64,000 bases of DNA, from assembly GCA_013239625.1 (NCBI GenBank), contig MU053881.1, forward strand, positions 12,414,879-12,478,878, written 5' to 3'. Positions 23,423 through 36,588 of this stretch are shown one piece after another (within the stretch, counting starts at the first letter, position 1; every line of letters starts with the position of its first letter). The DNA is from Lama guanicoe (taxonomy: Eukaryota). The notes under the pieces are model-generated. The model was not told the origin of the DNA. It worked only from the letters and a program-made list of their open reading frames with translations, and searched no databases. Both the position numbers and the translations under genes were made by a program.

Positions 23423-23963
23423 TGTTATCCCAAAAGGGGAAGGAAAAGGCCCTTGTTCTTGTCATACCCGAAAGATAAGAATTCAGACATGAGATGGAGC
23501 GTTGTGTGGCAAAAGATTTTAAAGGGTTTATTTAGGAAAGGAAAAGTACACCTCCAAGAACGGGAGGAGGGCTGATCTAAGGGAGAAAAAAGCAGCGGTC
23601 TTTGTCTCTTCTCTTCCACTCTCTCATGGAGGTGGCCTTTTGGTTGATTGACAGCTCTTGCCTCTGGAATGGCTAGTCATGTTTGTCTTCTTTGCTCATG
23701 CCCTAACCCATGATGCACCCAGAAAAACCTATGAGGCGGCCTAAAACACAATGCTTAATTATATTACAATGAGCACTGGGTCATGTCTGGTTAGGTCCTT
23801 CTCGCTACCATGCAGTTGTGGCTGTCAGGTTCTAACTGGTTTCTTGGTTGCACTCATTTAGAGGAAGTAAAGCCCCTTTATGTTGGAGGTGGGCATAACA
23901 CCATCTTCTGGACCATCCTCCTTCTCCTCCACCCATCTTCCCGGTGCCCCCACTTATCTAACT
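23423..23963 (-). mobile_element. ERV1-type solo LTR
   Basis: TG start with a degenerate CA end, 4-bp TSD TTTC (23419-23422 and 23964-23967), and a minus-strand AATAAA near the left end. Confidence 0.65.
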
Positions 23964-24144
23964 TTTCTTCTGTAAAGCATTTTCCCTGCGTGGACTCTCT
24001 GTTACACGTGGAAGTGTATGATGATTCTCATCAAGAGATAGTGGTGTCTTCTGTTTTTAGTAAGCGTCATAGTTTACAAAAGATTTTCACATTTATTTTC
24101 TCAAACTGCCTAAAACCTTTGCCAGATTTTCGGGGCAAAGATTG

Positions 24145-24487
24145 TGTATTTGTTTGCTAGGGCTGTCATCACAAAGTATCGCAGACTGGCTGCCATAAAC
24201 AACAGGATTTGGTTTTCTCACAGGTCTGGAGGCTGAAGTTCAGGTTTGGATTCTCCTAAAAGTCTTGGCTTAGCTTGTACGTGGCCACCTCCTCACTATG
24301 TCCTCCCGTGGGCTTTTCTCTGTGCTCACATCTTCCTGTGCCTCTTGCTCTTCTTATAAGGACAACAGTCATTTTGGTTTAGGGTCCCACTTTTATGGCT
24401 TCATTTAACTTTAATTATCTCTTTAAAGGCCCTATTTCCAAATATAGTCACATATGAATTTGGGGGGACACAGTTCAGTCCATAACA
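24145..24487 (-). mobile_element. MaLR (MLT1-family) solo LTR
   Basis: tgtatttgtttgctagggctg...gggggacacagttcagtcccataaca; 5-bp TSD GATTG. Confidence 0.85.
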
Positions 24488-26021
24488 GATTGTGATTCAT
24501 AGTTTCTTTGAACAGTAAGGCCAGAGAGTTTAAATGATTTTATTCGGGGTCACTCAGCAGGACTTTTCATCCTCCTATTTTTCCCCATCGAACATCCCCC
24601 TTCTGGAATTACTCTGGAAATGCTTTCTTGATGGTATGTGTTGAAGAAAAATGATTCTAAGTTCATGGACTCAAGAATGCTATTTTATCTATAGTTGAAA
24701 TCTAAGTGCAGAATTTATTGCTTGGTTGTACTTCCTGCTATTCGACTAAACTCTCTGTCTTATACTTCACTGTTGTTAATTTATAAGATGGTCATTTCAC
24801 TGTAGCTTTTGGACTAGCTTGAGAAATTAAGGGCTGGCTCATTCAAATAGTCCCTAGCACACAAACCTCTTAACAGTGAGAACTTGAGAAAAGAGAGCCT
24901 ATTATGAAGTTGTTGGTGGGGAGTATAATATTACGAACCTCTTTTGGGCCATGACTTAATTATTGTTGTGGTTCCAAATTTTCATTTTTGAAAACAGAGG
25001 AATGAATAGGGACATCTTGTACATCGTTGATACAAATGAAATGTCCTCTGTGGAACACACAGTCTGGGTTCTTCTGTCCTCTCCCACCCCACAGTCCATC
25101 AGGAGCAGCCTGCTTTGATTCATCTCTCTCCCACAAGGCTCAAAAAATTTCTATCATGTTGGTTAACAGAATTTGGTAATATATGAGGACTCAAAACATC
25201 TTTCTAGTCAGATATTTTGTTACGCTTACCCATTTACTTGAGACTCATTGTGTTTTCAAAAAAAAGATGTTTGATGCAGATTTATCTCTGATTCAGTGTA
25301 AATGTTAAACAGAAGATAGCCAGTATTCCATAGCCTGTATGACTATAATCCCCTTTATTCCGAGGTCATCTTACCGATATTCTACCGAAAGATATTCACA
25401 CACAAGGCCTACCTACTTCCCTTTTCACATCTCCAATTTGAGATCCTAACTAACAGGAAGTTAATGAATCTATGCACATAAATGTTTGTTTCTGAGTATA
25501 TACTTCTTTCTCACATGCATGTGTCTTCCATAAATGATCATATGTATCCTTTCTTCTCTCAATTATCAGAGTGATTTTTAAAACTTTTTGAATATATTTA
25601 TCAAGATTTTAATTCACATGCAACATACTTCACCCATTTGAAGTGTACAATTCAGTGAATTTTAGTATATTCACGGAGTTGTGCAACCGTCACCACAATC
25701 TAAGTTTAGAACACTTCACCCCAAAAGAATCCCCATATCTATTAGCAGTCATTCTTCATTCTCTCCTCCCAATCCCCCAGCTCTACGTCATCAATAATTT
25801 ATTTTCTGTCTCTATATAGTTGCTTTTTCTGGACATTTCATGTAAATGGAATCTGATGATATGTGGTCCTTTGTGATTGGTTTCTTTCACTTAGTGTAAT
25901 GTTTTCTAGGTTCATCCATGTTGTGACATGTATCAGTACTTCAGTCCTTTTAAATAATATTCCATTGCATGAATATACCACATTTTGTGTATCCATTCAT
26001 CAGTTGATGGGCATTTGGATT

Positions 26022-26380
26022 TGTCTTAGTCTGCTCCGGCTGCTGTAACAAAATACCATTGACTGGGGGGTCTTAAACATCACATACTTATTTCTCACAG
26101 TTTTGGAGGCTGAGAAATCTGAGATTAAGGTGCTGGCGTGTTTGGCTTCTGGTGAGAGCCCTCTTTCTGGAGTGCGTATAGTCATCTTCTGGCTGTATCC
26201 TCACATGGTACAGTGGTGGGGCAAGGAGAGAGAGAAGTCTCTAATCCCATTGCACAGACCCCACTCTCATGGTGTTGTGCAAGCCCAGTTACCTCCCCAA
26301 GATCCTACCTCCAAATCCCAAACCTTTGAAGGTTAGGCCTTCAACATATGAAATTTGGGGGTTGTTTTCAACACATAGCA
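26022..26380 (-). mobile_element. MaLR (MLT1-family) solo LTR inserted in L1
   Basis: tgtcttagtctgctccggctgctgtaacaaaatacc...ttcaacatatgaaattt...catagca; TSD GGATT/GGGTT. The L1 sequence resumes after it. Confidence 0.85.
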
Positions 26381-27569
26381 GGGTTGTTTCTATCTTTTGG
26401 CTACTGTGAATGATGCTACATTCATGTACGTGTTTCTGTGTGGACATATATTTTCATTTCTTTTGGGTATTTACCTAGCATTGGAATTGATGAGTCATCT
26501 AAGGTAGCTCTGTATTTAACATTTTGAGTAACTGGCAAACTGTTTTCCAAAGTAGCTACACCACTGTACTTTCCTACTAACAGTGTATAAGGGTTCCAAT
26601 TTCTCCACATCCTCGTCATCACTTGTTATTATCTGTTGTTTTGTTGATCGCCATCCTAGGAGGGTATGGAATGCTTTTTCATAGTTTTGATTTGCACTTG
26701 CCTAATGACTAGTGACGTTGAGCATCTTTCCATGTGCTTGTTGGTCATTTTAATATCTTCTTTGGAAATTGTTCAAGTCCTTTGCCCAATTTTTTTTATT
26801 GTTGTAATATATACATAAGATAAAATTTATGATTTTAAAATGTAGAGTTCATTGGTGTTAAGTACATTCACATTGTTGTACAACCATCACCCTCATCCAG
26901 CTATGTGACTTTTTCATCTTCCCATACTGAAAATCTAGACGCAGCAATAACTTCCATACCACCCTTCTCAGCTCCTGGCAACCACCAGGCTACTTTTGGT
27001 CTATGAATCTGACTATTCTAAGTGTTTCATGTAAATGGAATCATACAGTATTTGTCTTTTGTGACTGGCTTATTTCATTTAACATAATGTCCTCAAGGAT
27101 CATTCATGTTGTAGCATATGTTAGAATTTCTTTCCTTTTTAAGAGTAAATAATATTCCATTGTACATATGTACCATATTTTGTTTATTTTTTTAAATGTC
27201 AATAGACACTTTGGTGTTTCCATCCTTTGGCTTTTGTGAATAGGGCTACTATGAACATTGGTATACAAATGTTTCTCTGAAACCCTACTTTCAAGTCTTG
27301 GGTATGTTGAAGTGGGATAGCTGGATCATGTTATAATTCCATTTTTAATATTTTGATGAACCACCATTCTGTTTTCTGTAATGGTTGCACTATTTTACAT
27401 TCCCACCAGCAGCACACAATGGTTCTAATTTCTCCACATCCTTGGTAACACTTTCTATTTTCTTTACTTTTATTTTGATTGAGCCATCCTGATAGGTGTG
27501 AAGTGGTGTTTCTGTGATTTTGACTTGCATTTCCCTAATGATTAGTGATCTTGAGCATCTTTTCATGTT

Positions 27570-27824
27570 CTTTTTATTCTTTTTTTTAATTTAATTGATG
27601 TTTATTAAATGTCTTATAAGACCTAGGTCTGGGCATATAGAAAAAAAAATACATACATAATCCTGGACCTCAAGAAGCTCTTCTTAGTAGAGTATAGTCT
27701 GGTGCTTAAGATCTCTTTGGATTTAGGCTAGCTCTAGCTGAGTGACCTTGGGAACATGATTAACTTGTCTGAACATCCATTCCCTCTTCTGTGTAATAAC
27801 ACCCATTTCACAGGGATGGTGTGG
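27570..27824 (-). mobile_element. Polyadenylated retro-copied segment made of MIR and L2 remnants
   Basis: T-tract at 27570-27587, minus-strand AATAAA at 27601-27606, and direct repeats CTTTTCATGTT (27559-27569) / CTTTTTATGTT (27825-27835). Confidence 0.7.
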
Positions 27825-28348
27825 CTTTTTATGTTAGTTATTGACCATTTATGTATCTTTTGTGGAGAGATATCTATTCAAGGTCTTTGTTCACTTTTAA
27901 AAATCAGGTTTTGTTGTTGTTGTTGAGTTGTAGGTGTTTCTTATATATTCTGGATATTAACCCTGTTCATATATACGATTTGCAAACATTTTCTCCCTTT
28001 CCGTGGGTTGTCTTTTCACTCTTTTGGTAGTAAGCTTTGACGTACAAAAGTTTTTCATTTTAATGCAGTCCAATTTTTAATTTTTTTCTTTTGTTGCCTA
28101 TGCTTTTGGTTTTCATACCGAAGAAATTATTGCTAAATCCAATGTCATGAAACTTACCCCCTGTGTATTCTTCTAAGAGTATTATTGCTTTAGCCTACCT
28201 AACATAAGCAGAAAAAAATCTTGCCTTAGATGCAATATCTCTTTTCTTCCTTCTTGTCATGTTGTAATCTCTTATGGTTCTTACATCTACTGCAAAATGG
28301 CTAGCTAATCTGAAAAATTAACCTGTACCAATATTAATGTATTACTCC

Positions 28349-28899
28349 TGTTGGCTATCTATGGATACATAAAAAAACTCTCAAAGCTAAATGACATAAA
28401 ACAATGATGTCATTTGCTTACTAACAAATCTACACTCAGCTAGAGTTGGCTTGATTGGGTTGGAGGCTGGTAGCTGGGATCCTCTGAAGGGACACTCACT
28501 CGTTCACTCAGAAGTGTGGCATTAATGCCTTCTGAGACCTCAGCTTTGGCTGTAACCAGAATCCTTACATGTGACTTTTCCATGTGGCTTCTAAGCTTTC
28601 TCATAGCATGGAGGATGGCTCCCAAGGGCGATGACTGAGAGAGAGAGAAAGAGAGACACTGAGAGAGACAGAGACAGAGAAATGGAGACAGAGAGCAGGC
28701 AGAAGCCACGTAGTCTTGCCTGAACTAGTGTCAGAAGTCATGCTCCATTCCTTTTGTTCTGTGCTGATCAAGTAGCCTAGCCCAATTCATGGGCAGGGAA
28801 AACAGGCTCCACTTCTCAGTGGAGAGCTGCCGGGTTCTGGAAGAGCATGTAAAACCAGAGATATGGCTGTGGCTATTTTTGAAAAGTGCAATCTCCACA
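28349..28899 (-). mobile_element. Older MaLR (MLT1) LTR
   Basis: acataaaacaat..., ctcagctttggctgtaaccagaatccttacatgtgac, cagaagtcatgc, atctccaca. Confidence 0.7.
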
Positions 28900-30373
28900 T
28901 CTTTCAAAGGTAATATACATATTGTACAAGGGCAGCAGCAAAATCTAAAGAAATGATTGTCAAAGTGGGACTTTCAGGCAATAGAAAACACCTCTGGAAG
29001 AGATAATTTAGGCAACTTTCAGTAACATTAGGCAGACAACCACATATTCTAAAGTTCTAAAAGGGAACCATGAACTTTTCTGTGGATTAAATGAGACAAG
29101 CTTTCCATGCAAAGCCTTTGCAGAATAGAATTTATTTTTGCAAACTCACTAATCTCAGAATTTGAAGAAAATGTTCTAATAAGTTTTTTTTTATCATTGC
29201 TCTTTAAACTTGTACAGAAATATTGCCATTTGAAATGGTCAGGATGCTATCAGTGTGGGTTCTTTTTTAAAACTCTGAAATCACTTAATTATAAACTAGT
29301 GAAGGTTAGATAGTTTGAAAGATGAATGTTGAACAAAGTAATATGTCAAGGAATGTCAGAAAAAGACATGGATTTGAAGGTGACATCTAGAATTCTATGG
29401 AAAAAGAGTGATTCTGTTGCAGTTGAGTGCCAAGAATACCTTTAGTGCCTTATTGATGCTGTTTTTAAACTTAAGGTCTAAATGATTTACATTTGTGTAG
29501 CCAGGTCTGATTATTTCCATGGTCAATATGTACCTTTTGAGAAAGTTACTCATAACTGGGAGACAGGGGGGACCTACACCAAATTTTATTATCACTTTTC
29601 TAAACAGAAAGTTTTACTCATAGATATATTTGATATTTTTATGCAACCTCCGGTCTAATTACTGGTACCAAATGATGATACTCACAGATATAAAGCATTT
29701 AGTAAATATTGGGTTGCCGTAGTTATTATTCTGATTTGAGAGGAAAGACATTGCTTCATCCTCCTAGTCACAGGCTGTTACAGGCCATTGTCTCTCCCTA
29801 TTTTCTCCCTTGAGTTGTGGGTTAAAGTTTAAGGAAACCTGAATGCTATCAGTTAACCGGAATGTTTGACTTACTCTCCTTTATCATTTCCTTGGACAAC
29901 AGAGCCTTTATTTCACATGTGAGCTCAGGACTTTTGTGGCAGGTACAGGGAGTTCTTGTTAAATAAGTGCTAATGAAACTTATCCCACAGTTGGAATAGT
30001 GGATTGTAATATGAATATACTCACTCCTGAACTAAACACTTATGAAATTAGTCTCATCTCAAAGACTCTAGGCTGCCCATCAGGCCAGAGTCTTTGTCAA
30101 GCAGAGTATATAATTTAAATAGGACCCAAATGGATTACAAAATGAAATTGCGAACCTTGTCAAAAGGATGATGACAGGATAGATGGTTCAGAAGGGAATG
30201 ATTTGAACATCAGAGGGTAAGGAGAGGCCCTTGGGAAAATTGATGGAGCTCTGAAACATTTTGCAAAAAATCTAAACATTGAATATGAAAAAGACCGTCT
30301 TACGACTCTCATATGGCTTCATCAAAAGAATCATGCCAAAAATAAAACAAAGTGTACCCTTAATTCACTTTTT

Positions 30374-30521
30374 AAAAATTTATGTAGTTTTTTGGGGGGG
30401 AGAGAGGTAGTTAGGTTTATTTATTTATTTATTTTTGGAGGAGATTAAACCTGGGGGTTGAACCCAGGACCTCCTGCATGCTAAGCATGCTCTCTACCAC
30501 TTGCGCTATTCCCGCCCCTCT
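30374..30521 (-). mobile_element. Vic-1-type SINE
   Basis: gggttgaacccaggacctcctgcatgctaagcatgctctctaccacttgcgctat; 16-bp TSD CCTTAATTCACTTTTT at 30358-30373 and 30522-30537. Confidence 0.88.
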
Positions 30522-30699
30522 CCTTAATTCACTTTTTGTTGGTTGTATTAGAACATAGTTCTAATTATAAACTAATTTTTAAATGTGAGATAAAATTTAT
30601 TTCATAATCTTTGGTTTCTCTTTTCAATAAGCATGTCCCTATAAAAATTTCATATTAAATAAAAATATAAAATGATATTCCCCTTTTAAAAACTTAAAC

Positions 30700-31006
30700 A
30701 TTTTTAACTTTTTTTTTTTTATAAAAGTATAGTCAGTTACACTGTGTCAGTTTCTGGTACACAGCACAATGTCCCAGTCATGCATATACATACATGTATT
30801 CATTTTCATATTTTTTTCATTAAAAGGTTATGACAAGATATTGAACATAGTTCCCTGTGCTATACAGAAGAAACTTTAAAAAAATTTAAAAAAAATTTTT
30901 TCAATTGAAGTACACAGTCAGTTACAGTGTATCAATTTCTGGTGTACAGCACAATATCCCAGTCATGCATATACATACATATATTCATTTTCATATTCTT
31001 TTTCAC
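30700..31006 (-). mobile_element. Truncated L1 3' end with a doubled terminal unit
   Basis: Two diverged copies of aagta(ta/caca)gtcagttaca...cccagtcatgcatatacataca...ttttcatatt, flanked by near-identical atat(t/c)ccccttttaa repeats. Confidence 0.75.
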
Positions 31007-31747
31007 AATATCCCCCTTTTAACTAGATGTATTTTTCTTGTTACTGATTATCCTCAGATAATGAGGACGTCCTAAATCAATGTTCTTCCTCTTGGTAGTT
31101 TCCTAAAAACCTGGATGTTAATGTATTAATTCTTTCTTCAATACTAGAACCCACAGACACTTCCTAATCCCAAATCCCCCTCTGGGTTGACATCCCCCTC
31201 TTAAAATATTTGAGAATTACAGCAGATGCTAGAATGTCAGGATCTGACAAGATGTAACAGGTGCTGTACTTAACAGCACAGCCCTCTACCCTCCAGCTGA
31301 GGAAACTGAGCTCTCCCCCTCATTTCCCAGTAATTGCTCTAGTAACATTGATCCTGTTCTCTCTGACTTGCATGTTTGATCTCACCTAAACATAAATTCC
31401 TCTGCCTGGAGTGTCTCCCACCCTCTTATCTCCACCTTTCTCAATTGTATTGGCTCTTTAAGAGAGTTTTCCAGCATAGCTTCTTCAGTGAAGATATTCC
31501 CAATTCCCAAAAGAAAAACAACTTTTCAAAGTTTTTTTTTTTTACATCATTTATGTTCTACAGCTGGGAGTTACCACCATATGTCTTCTTAGCACCAATA
31601 GTAACAGCTAATTTCATATCTATTGATATGAGTCAAATCCCCTGCCCCACTTCTTCCCATCCTTCACTTCTGTTCATTAGAGACAAACGCCTTTAACACT
31701 TAACTACTCCTTTTCGCATTTACCTCCATACTTTTTTTACAGAGGGC

Positions 31748-31950
31748 AAGGGTTCTTATCAGGGACTGATTTTGTCCCCCTGGGGACATTTGCCAATGTC
31801 TAGAGATGTCTGTGATTGTCACCACTGGGGAAGACCTATGCCTTTTACTGGGCAGAGTTCAGGGATGCACTAAACATTCTATAATGTATAGGACAGACCC
31901 CACGACAAAGAATTATAGGGTCCCAAATATCCGTTATGGCAAGGAGATTG
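31748..31950. mobile_element. MER20-like hAT-Charlie MITE
   Basis: gattttgtcccctggggacatttgccaatgtctagaga...ggacagaccccacgacaaagaattat. Confidence 0.8.
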
Positions 31951-32440
31951 GGTATAATGACCTCTGCTATATTAGTGATAAGACAACTAGGAGATATATT
32001 CACAAAACTATTTTAAAAATTAATCTGTAGAGCTTCTTGGAGAGCATTCATTTTCTCTACTGAGGGATCCTCTAATAGTCTGTCTGCAGAATTAAGAAAA
32101 AATAAATTTAGTTGACAGTGTTTGGGGAGTGAGGTAAGGAAGTCTGTCTGTTTTCAGTGAGATGCGTCACCTGTTTTCCTTAGTGCCCGTGTTCCAGAGC
32201 CCAGGGTCTCTCTGCTTCAGTGTCTTTGGAGAATAAACCTTGCAGTGTCCATGGTGGTCTGGGAGAAGTAATCGCCAGCCTGTGATGTAGGGGTGGGGAT
32301 AAGGATCTAGGGGGTTTATTGCTTCTTATACAGAGTTTCAAACCATCACTCATGTGTCACTCTGTCTTCTGAGATACCTGGAGCCTTTGATTCCTGTGCT
32401 GCTTCTCTTTCTCCCCTTCCCTCCACCCTCCCTCCTTCTC

Positions 32441-32575
32441 TTTGTTTTTTTTGGTGGTGGTGGTGGGAGATTGGATTTTTATTTATTTATTTATTTTAAT
32501 GGAGGTACTGGGGATTGAACCCAGGACCTCATGCATGCTAAGCCTGTGCTCTACCACTGTTCTATACCCTCCTCT
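32441..32575 (-). mobile_element. Vic-1-type SINE
   Basis: (tatt)n followed by ggaggtactggggattgaacccaggacctcatgcatgctaagc...ctctaccactg. Confidence 0.85.
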
Positions 32576-33922
32576 TCCTCCCTCTCTCTTTTGACTGAGT
32601 AGGTTTTCTCTTTTTGTGTTGGGGGAAACCTCTTTCCCGAAGTTCTGCTTTAAGCTTTCTCAGCTCTGGTACATCCGTTACCATTCCTCTATCTACTTTT
32701 CATCTTTCAGAAATGTGCTAACTTTTTCTTCATTGTTTCCTCTCCCATTCTCTTTGTGTTTTGGAATTATACTTTCCATTTCTTTTATTGTTGTTTTAGT
32801 TGGTGTCAGGAAGGAGTGGCAATAAATGCATGTGTTCAGTCTGCCATATTAAAAGAAGTCCAAAAGCCCTCGATGCTTTTGCATGGCTTTGGAGTGTCAT
32901 AGTAAAAAACTGACATAAAAGAATGAAGTAATCCTTATATCTAGAGATTCATCTTCTCGTTTTCTGGCACAGGGTGTGTGTTGTGCAAGCAAGGGCAGAC
33001 AACCAGAGAGCACACACATCAGACCTGACACTGCAGTGTTCACTGGAGCAAATTCACAGAGACAGAAGTAGCAGGAGGGTGGTACTTTTATCCTGTTCCT
33101 TCTAGGACAGCACAGAGATCTAGCAAAGTCAGACATCAAACTACATGAGACGGACTTTCAACTGGTTGAAGAAGCACTTGCCCCACTGCTAGAGTGGTGA
33201 GGGGCCAGGATACAACCGCAATAGATGTGATGTAATCTTGATTGCAGCCCCACCTCCCACCTGGCAAGTGGCAACACCTCAGAAGGAGCTGCCTTTGCCC
33301 AGGAAGTTGATTTCTGGGGCTACTTGGCTAAGAGAAGTGCCCTGTGTTCTGTGGACTGGGTGGCGGTGGAACTGCCCACTTCAAGGGTCTCTGCAAAATC
33401 AGACAAGGAGGGGAAGGGCAGCAGGGCTGAAGAGTAGATGAGTTCTGTTGATTTTTCAGGTACCTATAAGCTCCCCCAATTCCCATGTAACTCTAGGGAA
33501 GGAAATAATGACAGAATTGGGTTAAAGAAAAATAAGTGTGAGATTTTTTGCATTGGAGTTGGTGCATTGGGTGTCGCCTATATTCTGTATGTTTGAAATA
33601 TCCCACTGTCTCACTGTGGCCTGACATAAATTAAAATGAAACTAGGATGTTTCCATTGCTGTTGGGGGACTAAAACAGGGTTGATCTTTTTCGCTTCAAA
33701 GACTGTGGAGACTTTTTATTTTTATGAAAATTTCTGTATGTTGGCCCCTTGACATTCAGAACTCCAGAGGAACATTATAGTGAAGAGGAAGTAGAAATGA
33801 AAGAAAGTTAAACAGCACAGTTGGAAGCGGGAGAAGAGCAAAATGAGTTCTAGGTGATGTGGACCAGTAAGGGGCAAGCAAAGACTGATGGACCACACAC
33901 TCTCTCTCTCTCTGTGTCGCTG

Positions 33923-34352
33923 TGTTGGACCAGGGACCAGGTTATTGTCAAAATTCAAACTCTGCATACTGAGTAAAACAAAGTAGGAAGATGAATTTAT
34001 TGTAAGGGTTTCAACCTGAAGCCAGGAAACCCAAGGCTAATGGGAGTGACGAGTTCTTGCTCGCAGACAAATATATTTTTGTAAGGTAAATGCGGCAGTT
34101 ATTTTGCTTTTCCAGCTGATTGGTTGCCTACTGGTTTTCTTCCTTATTTGGAAGGGCAGCTGAGTCAGGGGAACAGAGAAGTCTGGAGATGGCGTGAACA
34201 GACTTGGCATTAAGAGATAGGCTGGCGTCCTCTGCTGATAGCTGACAAGTTTCTGTTGGGCGAGGTTAAGTTTCACTTTCCTTTATGCACCTGTGTTGAC
34301 TGTCTCTATTTTGTCCCTGACATAAGTGACTCCATTATAGTTTGGTTCTACA
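33923..34352 (-). mobile_element. Probable ERV1-type solo LTR
   Basis: TG...CA ends, minus-strand AATAAA at ~33996, and terminal aagtgactccatt...tttggttctaca similar to MER4-group LTR ends. Confidence 0.55.
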
Positions 34353-35268
34353 TTATAATTTCACAGACTATCTCAGAGAGGACCCACTTCTCTGGCCTCT
34401 GAGGTCTTGAGTTGATCGAGTGCCTCTGTGTTTTGCTGCCTGGTCTCACAGGTGAAGGAGGACTAGGGGTGTCTGAGCACCACATGGCTTGTGGTGAGAT
34501 GTCTACGAGATGGATCAAACTCAGACTGGTGAGCTCTGGGACCTTGGGTGTTGTGTGAGTGGAATTTCTAAGAGTAGGATCATGGGGGCCTTTAGCCTGG
34601 AGGCTAAGAACATTGTCAAAGTAAAATGAACCTCTACTGAGTCAAATCACACATTTCAAAGTAAGTAGACTGAGGAGGCATCTTCTGTGGTTTAAAAATA
34701 TAGTTGCCTATCTTGTTTTCATTTGAAGTAGCTTATTTTGCACAGTTATCTATGAAAAGATGCTATAAGCAAACAACATTGTACAATTAAGTAGTTCACA
34801 GGATCTGTCAGAGAAGACAGAGAGCATTTTAGCAACCACTGAACATGTTCAAAAGCCTAGAATTCAACTGTATAGATGCCACAGTCCATGCTAGTTATGA
34901 AGTGACTGTAATGTTAGGTAAAAAGAAATAAAGAAAATATCCTTCAGTGAATAGGAAGCAACAAAGAATTTTATTAACGCAAATTGCATTTGCTTTATAA
35001 ATGTGTATATGTGTTATTTATGTATGTATAGGTGTGTGTATGTATATTTATAAAATTACAGCAGGCAAGCTGTGTCAAGTATGAGAAGGGCAGTGACATG
35101 CAGAGGAGTGGGTGTGGTCATTCTCATGCGTCCTCTCTCTTCTACATTGAAGCTAGTCCTAGAACAGTGGCCCAGGGTGCCTCAGTGCCAGGCACTGGGG
35201 GTAAACATGACCTTTCTGGGGCTCTCTGGCTTCATTTCCAGTGATGCTGCAGAGTGCAGGGTTGGTTT

Positions 35269-35633
35269 TGTCTAAGTAATTACATCAGAAGTTCATTAGA
35301 CTGGGAGGGGGGATCTTTCCTGCCTTCGCAGCCTAGTTAAGCAAGCAAACCGAACGCTAAGTCAGAGTTGACGCACTTGAATCCAAGAAAAGGGAACTTA
35401 AGAACCACCAGTCACAAATAGGCAACCCAAACAAGCCTTTCCCAGCCACCTAAGTCACAAGCGATGTAATAATTTCTTTGTTTCACTTCTGTGTCTTCTC
35501 TATAAAAACCTCTTCCCTCGCTCCTGTCAGTGGGGCACTTTTAACCACTGGCTTGGCACTGCCTGATTTGAGTCAATGTATGCTCAAATAAACTTCTGAA
35601 AAATTTTAATATGCCTCAATTTACCTTTTAACA
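35269..35633 (+). mobile_element. ERV1-type solo LTR with intact TATA and poly(A) signal
   Basis: TG...ttttaaCA ends, 4-bp TSD GTTT, TATAAAA at 35501, AATAAA at 35587. Confidence 0.8.
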
Positions 35634-36129
35634 GTTTGCTTTTACTGCAACATAGTGGTAAAGAGCATTGGAGGTGGGGGCAGAGGACACAGGGAGAGCC
35701 GGCCTGAGAGTCTGTTTTGGTCTGAGGCTTAGGAGAAGGAAAGCTTCCATGTGGTCCACCTTCATTATTAGATTTCCATCTGGAGATTGGGTCCATGGCC
35801 CTGGCTGGTACTAAAGAATTCCTTTCCTTTTCTACATCTGCGCAAGAGCAGTCATATTTGCTAAGATAACTCCCTTATTCCCAAGTATGCTGGCCGCAAG
35901 GACATCCAAATGCCTCTCAGTATGAGATTCCAGTTTCTTAGCACAGCATGAGATTCACAGTTCCTCTCAACCGGGTGACAGCCTAGCTCTTGAGCTGGCT
36001 CATTCCCCTCCACGTTCCATCGTTAGACCTCTTCCTGCCCCTGGAACACACGATGCCTTCATGAGATTACACTTTCGTTCTTTCCACTTTCTTTATCTAA
36101 TAGGTTACTTTCAACTCAACCTTCAAGGC

Positions 36130-36588
36130 TGTATTGGTTTCCCAGGGCTGTCGTAACAAATGACCACAAACTGGGTGGCTTAAAACAACAGAAGTTTATT
36201 CTCTCACAGTGCTGGAGGCCAGAAGTCAGAAATCAAGATGCTGGCAGGATTGGTTCCTTCTGGAGGTTCTGAGGGCAAATCAGTTGCATGTCTCTCTCCC
36301 GGCTTCCGGTGGGGGCTGGCCATCCCTGGCCTTCTTTGCCTTATTATTCTCATCTCTGCCTGTATCTCTACGTGGCCTTCTTCTTGTTTCTCCTTTTCTC
36401 AAATTGCCTTCTCCTCTCTCTTGAAAGGACACCAGTCATTGAATTTTTAGTCACCCTAAATCCAGGATGACCTCAAGATCCTTAATTACTTCTGCAAAGA
36501 CCCTTTTCCCAAATAATACCACACTCCCAGATACTGGGAACTAGGACTCGGATCTACCTTTTGGAGGCTGTTCCTGAGCTCACTTACA
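36130..36588 (-). mobile_element. MaLR (MLT1C-like) LTR
   Basis: tgtattggtttcccagggctgtcgtaacaaatgaccacaaactgggtggcttaaaacaacagaagtttattctctcacag. Confidence 0.85.

Larger units (their letters stand above)
25585..28200 (-). mobile_element. Nested L1 cluster: two L1MA/MB-type 3' ends, interrupted by an MLT1 LTR and a retro-copied insert
   Basis: Two L1 3' termini begin at ~25585 and ~26790. ORFs 25863 and 26422 are typical L1 3'-end translations (e.g. MWRNWNPYTLLVG). Confidence 0.85.

Noticed and set aside
34841..34850. Perfect p53 half-site GAACATGTTC upstream of CCNG1
   Set aside because: No adjacent second half-site; single decamers are common by chance.
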